In this document: one piece after another, positions 48,230-54,735 of the stretch
Position numbering within the stretch: position 1 is the stretch's first letter
How the letters are laid out: each line of letters starts with the position of its first letter
Translations under genes and position numbers: made by a program
Notes under the pieces: model-generated
Database searches by the model: none
Told to the model about the DNA's origin: nothing
Seen by the model: only the letters and a program-made list of their open reading frames with translations
Origin: Prorocentrum cordatum
Lineage: Eukaryota
Direction of reading: 5' to 3'
Length of the DNA stretch: 54,735 nt
NCBI GenBank assembly: GCA_963575745.1
Contig: CAUYUJ010000220.1
Location: 62,001-116,735, forward strand

Positions 48230-51200
48230 TGCACTCTATGTTGTGAAATTCACCTTGCCGAACTTGAACTTGTCGATTCCACTGTTCGCGCACTCGTCCC
48301 ACCCACCCACCCGCAAATTGGCTTGCAAACCAATGTGGGAGCGATTGCGATGAGTGCTTGGCGTTGGCTGGTGCGCCTCAGCGGCCGCGCTAGCCCGCGC
48401 ATGCTCGCGCGCAGCAGCCAGCTAGTTTGGCGCGACCGACGCGAACGCGGTGGCGCTGACCGCTCGGCACATCCCAGCGGGCACGTGTGTCGACTTGGGC
48501 GGGCGCGGTATCATGGCAACGCCGACAAAAGTAGACACGATGATGATAGTAGCGATGCTGGCGACGATGCTGACAGCGAAGACGGAACAACTAATGACGG
48601 CGCCGATGCCGATCACGCCGACGACTATGACGGCGATTTCGCGTCGGTGATGAAGGCTTTGGAAAAAGCTCGACATGCGCTCGCGGCAGACGCGCGAAAG
48701 TGGCAAGCATGGTAGTATTTGACCCGGATCGTGCCACCCCAGCACGCGCGCAAGGGCGTTCGAACGATTTGGACATGCGCGCGCGCGAAGCTCGCTTGGC
48801 AGCATGTTATGAGCATGTTGAATTTTTTAAAAACAAATCGCAAGAGGGCGCGCGCAATGTGTTGTGGGAAGCCCGTGTTTTGAAAGTCCCACCAGCCCTT
48901 TGGGCGTGAGTGGTTTAGCGAGCTCTCTCTGTCCTCAACCCCCTAACCCCCTATCTTCCCCTTCGGGGAGGGGTTTACCCCTCCCCCTACCCCCTCCCCT
49001 GGACCTGGAGAGGGCGGGCCGAGTGTAACCACGGGGGTCTTTTTCTACTCCTGGGAGGGCAAAAAAAACGACGACCCTCACGAGGATTCTGGCCCCCAGG
49101 GGGGGGGACCGTTTGGCGCCTCTACTCCTCTTCGAAGCAGAAATCATTGATTTTACTATGGTTTTGGCCCCATTTTGGACTCCTGAAGGGGGCCGCGCTC
49201 ATCGTCCTTCCTCGCAAAATCATTGATGTTACGAAGGTTTTGGGCTCATTTTGTACTTCTTAGGGGGCAGCTCCACTTTGCGCTTCTGAGGAGGTCGCAA
49301 GAGGCCCCAAGATGGCCCCAAGAGGCCCCCAGGAGGCTCCCAAGAGGCCTCCAAGAGGCCCCCAAGAGGCCCCCAAGAGGCCCCAAGAGGCCCCCAAGAG
49401 GCACCCAAGAGGCCCCCAAGAGGCCCCAAGAGGCTCCCAAGAGGCCCCCAAGAGGCCCCCAAGAGGCCCCAAAAGAGGCCCCCAAGAGGCCCCCAAGGCC
49501 CCCAAGAGGCCCCAAGAGGCTCCAAGAGGCCCCCAAGAGGCCCCACGAGGAGCCCGAACGACTCACACCAGGACGAGGGGCCCGAACGACTCACACCACG
49601 AGAGCCCGAACGACTCACACCACAAGGAGGGGCCCGAACGACTCACACCAGGACGAGGCGCCCGAACGACTCACACCACGAGGAGCCCGAACGACTCACA
49701 CCACGACGCGGGCCCCGAACGACTCACACCACGAGGAGCCCGAACGACTCACACCAGGAGGAGGGGCCCGAACGACTCACACCAGGATGAGGGGCCCGAA
49801 CAACTCACACCACGAGAAGCCCGAACGACTCACACCATGACGAAGAGCCCGAACGACTCGAACGCACGAAGAAGCCCGAACGACTCACACCACGAGAACG
49901 GAACGACACCCAGAACGACTCACGACACCAGAACGACGAGCCCGAACGACTCACACCACGAACGACTCAAACGACTCACGAGGAGCGCTTTCTCTCCCTC
50001 CTCCTCCGCCTCGTCCTTCTCCCGCTCCCCCCACAAGGAGGATGTACAAGGAGGCGGGAGGAAGGAGGAACAGGGGAGATATGCGGGGCCAAGTGGACAC
50101 ACGCCTGAAAAACACGACTGTCGGCATGCTTCGCAAGAGTTGCTGCTGTGAGATGGGCTGGTGGGGATACGCGAAGCGTAAAGAATTTGACATCGATGTT
50201 TCAGCACTCGATGTTTTGATATGCTGTTTTTCTCGCTCTACGTTGCAACACTTAAGAGACCGATGGTTCTTTGAAGGATCCCGGCATGTGCGCGCGACGA
50301 CGCTCGCGTGCGCATTTCGTCGCATGTGTTGCAAAAGACTGTTGGCAACTGATGACTTTTGATAAGCCAGTGCGCGCGCACAATATTTTGGCAGAGGATT
50401 GCGGGGGGAGATACCGGCCCCCCTGGGATGGCATCTTACATATCGGATGGACGATGGGGCAGAATCGTATTTAACTTGCAATACGAAAAGGGGTACCGAT
50501 AGTCCCGGAGGGGGGGGAGGGTCGAGCCTATTCTCTTTTTAGAAAGGAGTACCCACTTGGTACACCCTATGTTGTGAGATTCACTTGTCGAACTTGAAAC
50601 TGTCAACTCCAATGATCGTGCAATCATCGTACCCACCCACCCGCAACTTGGTTTGCAAACCAATGCGGAAACGATTGCAATGAGTGCTTAGCGTTGGCTG
50701 GTGCATCACTGCGGCCTCGCTAGCCCGCGCATGCTCGCGCGAGCAGCGGCCAGCTAGTTTGGCGCGACCGACGCGAACGCGGTGGCCCTGACCGCTCGGC
50801 ACATCCCAGCGGGCACTTCAATTCGAGTCGTCACGATGATGATAGTAGCGATGCTGGTGACGATGCTGACAGCGACGACGGGGCAGCCAGTGACGGCGCC
50901 GATGCTGATCGCGCCGTCGACGATGACGGCGCGTCTTCACGTCGGCGACGAAGGCTTTGGAAGGAGTTCGACATGCGCGCGGCAGACGCACGATATTGGC
51001 CCGCATGGTATGATTTGACTCGGACCGTGCCACCCCAGCACGCGCGCAAAGGCGTTCGAACGATTTCGACATGCACGCGCGCGAACATGTTATGAACAAA
51101 CAAACCGATGGTTGTCTGAAGAATTCGCAAGAGCGCGCACGAAAGTTCCTCTGGGAAATCCTTGTCTTGAAATTTGAAACACATTTTTCAACACTCGATT

Positions 51201-51500
51201 TTTTGATATGTGTTTTGGACACTCAATTTTGACAGCCTTACGTAACCGAAAGTTTTGAAGGATTTCGGCATGCGCGCACGAGGACGTGCGCGAGCGAACT
51301 TCGTCACATTCTTTGCGAATGATGATTGGAAACTGATGGTCCTTGATAAACGACTGTGCGCGCATAATGTTATGGCGGGGGGGGGTCGATACCGGCTTGG
51401 CCGGGATGGTTTGCGCAAATATTTACCATGGACGATGGGGCAAAATCATTTGTAAATTGCAATCGTGGGTATCGATAGTCCCGGGGCGGGTGGGTAGAGT
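48230..51500 (+). repeat. Diverged tandem duplication of a ~950 bp unit; first copy interrupted by a ~1.2 kb insertion
   Basis: 48230-48900 matches 50560-51150, and 50195-50525 matches 51185-51500. Confidence 0.8.
49295..49985 (+). repeat. CCCCAAGAGG array followed by GCCCGAACGACTCACACCA minisatellite
   Basis: 10-11-nt units, then about 16 copies of a 19-nt core with short variable linkers. Confidence 0.9.
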
Positions 51501-52971
51501 CTATAAGCGACGGGCGGCGAAGGCGGCAACATAGCCGCCAGACCGTCAGACAGGCCCAGACAACGAGCGGCGACGACGCGGCGACGGGGCGGCGACGGCG
51601 GCGACGTAGCCGCCAGACAGACTGCCAGACGGGCCCAAATGACGAGCGGCGACGAGGTGGCCACGGGGCGGCACCAGCGGCAACGTAGCCGCCGGAACGC
51701 CACAGGCCCACTTCCTGAGGGAAGACATCAAGAAACCCTAGAGGTGCAAACACCGCTTGGGAAAGATGTACATGACACGTGTCGTTGTATGCACGTCTGA
51801 TTCTACGTCTACGTGTCTTGTAACATCTCTATATTTGTGTGAATGGATGGATGGACGTCGACGCATGTACACAGATGTGCAAATATACCGTGCGCATGCT
51901 TACTCGGCTGAACGCGTGCGCTCATGTGAGCATCTGCAAACTCACAGCGCACACAGCCCTGCACCTTGCCCACGTCGGTGCTTGTGCCGCGCGGGCTGGA
52001 TCGGTGGGCCTGGAATGCTGGCGCCTTCGTCTGTGGACGGGATAACACCCCTCCCACTTCTCCGAAAGCTGTTGCTGCCCACGCAGCGGCAAAAAAGATA
52101 GTCCACGCTCGGAGGCCTGGAAATTGGCACCAACGCCAAGACAGAGGGCTGCCTCCACGGGGGGAAGATGGCCCTGGATTTTCGGCGTTGGTGGTAATAG
52201 TTCGGCCACCTTGGAAGCCAGAATATTACCACCATCACCGAGATCGGGATCTTCTTCACTCGGTGGAGGCACACCGCCGATCTTGGTGTTTGTGTCAACC
52301 TCTCGGCCTGCGATGCAGGTTCCGGCCAGGAGGAGGAGGAGGAGGAGGAGGAGGCGGAGGAGGAGGAGGAGGAGGAGGAGGCGGAGGGGGAGGGGGAGGG
52401 GGAGGAGGGATCGGGATCTTCTTCCCTCGGTGGAGGCACGCCGCCGAAATTGGTGTTGGTGTCAATCTCCAGGCCTGCGACACGTCTCGCGCGCGGGCGC
52501 GCCGGAGCCGCGCACATCATGAGTGCACGACCTCGGACATTGCAGGCACCGCCCACGGGAATTCTCACTGACGGCGCTGTTCCCCATGAAAGCTGACGGG
52601 GAAAGAGGGTCTCTTCGGGCCATGCTTGGGGCCCGCGTGGGGGCGAGGGAAGGAGGAGGAGGAGGAGGAGGAGAAGGAGGAGGAGGAGGAGGGAAACGAC
52701 GACGACCACGACTAGTTTGGGGAATCTCGATGCTCTTTTAGGGTCATCTTGGAGGCAATCGATCGAAAGGTCGCGCTGCTGCTGTGCCGGCAGCGGAAAG
52801 CGAAGAGTAGCAATCACGATGGGATCTACGATACGTGAGCCGGGGAGCAGGGGCAGCAGGAAGGACGTGGCCACGATCAGGAGGGAACTGCGTCATGATA
52901 AGGGGGGGGGAGAGCAGACAAGGGGGGCCAAGCAGAGAGAGGGCATAAAGGGAGTCCAAGCAGAGCCAAGC

Positions 52972-53160
52972 GAGAAGGAGGAGGAGGAGGAGGAGGAGGA
53001 GGAGGAGGAGGAGGAGAGGGAGGAGGCGGAGGAGGAGGAGGAGGAGGAGGAGGAGGAGAAAGGAGGAGGAGGAGCAGGAGGAAGAGGAGGAGGAGGAGGA
53101 GGAGGAGAAGGACGAGCAGGAGGAGCAGGAGAGGGAGGAGGAGGAGGAGGAGGAGGAGGA
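52972..53160. repeat. (GAG)n microsatellite flanked by direct repeat gtccaagcagagccaagc
   Basis: Directly visible. Confidence 0.9.
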
Positions 53161-53448
53161 GTCCAAGCAGAGCCAAGCAGGCAATGCCCTCATGGTAATC
53201 GCAAGGCTTCTCACTGAAGCTCACCTTCCCACGAGAGCTGCCGCGCGCGAGCCCCGAACACGCAGGGGGGGGCACGCGGCTGCGGCAGGGCGCCGCGGCG
53301 GCTCTGCGCCGGACCGTCGGCGCTCGAGGCGTTGGCGCCGACAAAAAAAGTAAAGAGTGAGCCAGCCTTTCCCCCACCTCCTCCACCAGCCCGTTGGGGC
53401 TGTCTGCGCGAAGTTGAGCGTCCCGCCCGCCTCTCCACCAGGATTCTT

Positions 53449-53620
53449 TCGGGGATGGACGGACCTCCCTTTCGCAAAACGCGGTTTAGCGAAAACGACC
53501 TGAGGCCCAAACCTGGCGGGCGCGAGCCTGGAAAACAACAGCCGCGGCGCCCTCTCGAGAACCGAAAACGGACAATTCACTAGTCGACGTGTCACTGTTG
53601 GGGGTTCTGTCCGCCCCCGA
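53449..53620 (+). mobile_element. MITE family A, copy 3 (172 bp)
   Basis: TCGGGG...CCCCGA; perfect TSD ttctt/ttctt. Confidence 0.9.
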
Positions 53621-53753
53621 TTCTTGGCCCCGGGTGCAACGCAGAAGAGCTGCAGCGAGCTGGGGCGTGCACCACGAGGGGCAGCGAGCCGGGGCGAGCT
53701 GCCAGGCCCGGTGTCCTGGCTACCCCACGGTAGCCGCGAAGAGAAGAGGAGAG

Positions 53754-53894
53754 TGACCCGAAGACCCGAATTTCGGGTTGGGGGGGGTAAGGGTTCCACA
53801 CGTGTTTTTTCGACGTTTCCCGACCCCCCCCCACTGGAAATCGAGGGTAAATCTGAGCCTTCGGGTTGGGTTGGGGTGGTTTGGTGGGTGGTGA
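53754..53894 (+). mobile_element. MITE family C, copy with deleted left TIR
   Basis: TGAC...GTGA termini, TSD gagag/gagag. Homologous to 47579-47758. Confidence 0.8.
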
Positions 53895-54113
53895 GAGAGG
53901 GCGGGGCACAGGCGAGGAAATGGAATTGACGCCAGGTCACAACCAAAGGCTCCACAGGTGGGCCAACTGCCCCCCGGACTACGCGACGGATTGTTGGGAT
54001 TCTTCTCTGGCGTTTCCCAACGGCGCCTCGGCCGATCGCGCCAGCCACCCGAAATACCCGGTCGCAAGGCAAGCCTACATGCGCACCACCGCTGACGTAT
54101 ACTCGATCTTCGC

Positions 54114-54735
54114 CTACACCCTCTTGATCTCGATATGAGACGTCTGTACATGCTCCCGAAATGGGATGGACAAGCCGTCCTCGAATAGGAGTGGCTTGCA
54201 TGCGTCCAGCACCGAATCACCCATGACGGGGCTATTCTGGAGGCGCTGCACATTCGCCTCGAGGCCCTGAACTTCGCTCCAACGTACATGGCAGACACGC
54301 GATTCCGCTGAACCCCAATCAGTGAAACCTTCAAAGACTCGCGCGAACTCCTTCGCGTACTTACACGAAGTCAAATTCAAAAATGCACGGCCAGTGCCGA
54401 GCATGGTCGTGATATTGATGGGCATATACAAGAAGTCCACCTTCTCCGCGAACCCGTGGGAGTCCAACAAGACGGCCAGATCTTCCTGCGTGTAGGACGG
54501 AGGCACGTTGCACATCACTACTGTAGTGCGCTTCGCGCTCACCGCCTGCTGGGAGACGCTCTGGCCTTCGGAGCAAGAGAGACCAGCATAAACACCAACT
54601 TTCGGAGGTCTGCAAGAGCTTCTTCGGATCGGAGCTGGAGCCCCCCTCCCTGCCGCGCAGAGCGCGCCGAGGGCTCCGCTGGAGGCGCCACCAGGGGGTC
54701 CAGCACCCAGCCCAGGAAACGCGCGCGGAACTCCG
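54114..54735 (-). CDS. Mei2-like RNA-binding protein (C-terminal RRM), 5' end outside window
   Basis: RTTVVMCNVP..YT..L..LLD..GF...VDFLYMPI....G.AFLNL, F.GF..W...S..VC.V.WS..QGLEANV..LQNSPVM...V....KP..F..G..IPF. The frame stays open to the window end. It could be a retrocopy or pseudogene. Confidence 0.88.
   Translation of the reverse strand, partial: GVPRAFPGLGAGPPGGASSGALGALCAAGRGAPAPIRRSSCRPPKVGVYAGLSCSEGQSVSQQAVSAKRTTVVMCNVPPSYTQEDLAVLLDSHGFAEKVDFLYMPINITTMLGTGRAFLNLTSCKYAKEFARVFEGFTDWGSAESRVCHVRWSEVQGLEANVQRLQNSPVMGDSVLDACKPLLFEDGLSIPFREHVQTSHIEIKRV

Noticed and set aside
48385..48430. Hairpin + CTAGT as a Helitron end (also ~50725-50760)
   Set aside because: Homology between the two copies continues on both sides, so it is internal to the tandem unit.
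49545..49985. CRISPR-like array of GCCCGAACGACTCACACCA
   Set aside because: The linkers are only ~3-11 nt and resemble each other. There are no cas genes and the context is eukaryotic, so this is a minisatellite.

Overview
GC-rich eukaryotic nuclear DNA, almost certainly dinoflagellate. This is inferred from a spliced-leader relic, GC-type splice donors and the repeat landscape. Most long ORFs in the track are artefacts of microsatellites and CCAAG-rich repeats. Recognisable content: (1) an intron-rich RraA/HMG-aldolase-family gene on the minus strand (exons ~26759 to 10713), whose ~13 kb intron holds a decayed Copia LTR retrotransposon; (2) an intronless, frameshifted TPR-protein retrocopy carrying a relic dinoflagellate spliced leader; (3) a decayed DIRS-like tyrosine-recombinase retrotransposon with a Dnmt3-like cytosine methyltransferase that appears to sit inside its RNase H; (4) LINE RT fragments; (5) a Mei2-like RRM ORF at the right edge; (6) many ~170-200 bp MITEs with 5-bp or TA target-site duplications, plus satellites. 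Most notable: the Copia element also seems to carry a C5-methyltransferase-like domain, the dead transposons show directional T>C/A>G (CpG-gaining) decay, and one MITE terminus appears to supply a splice acceptor of the host gene. All calls are by eye and splice boundaries are predictions.
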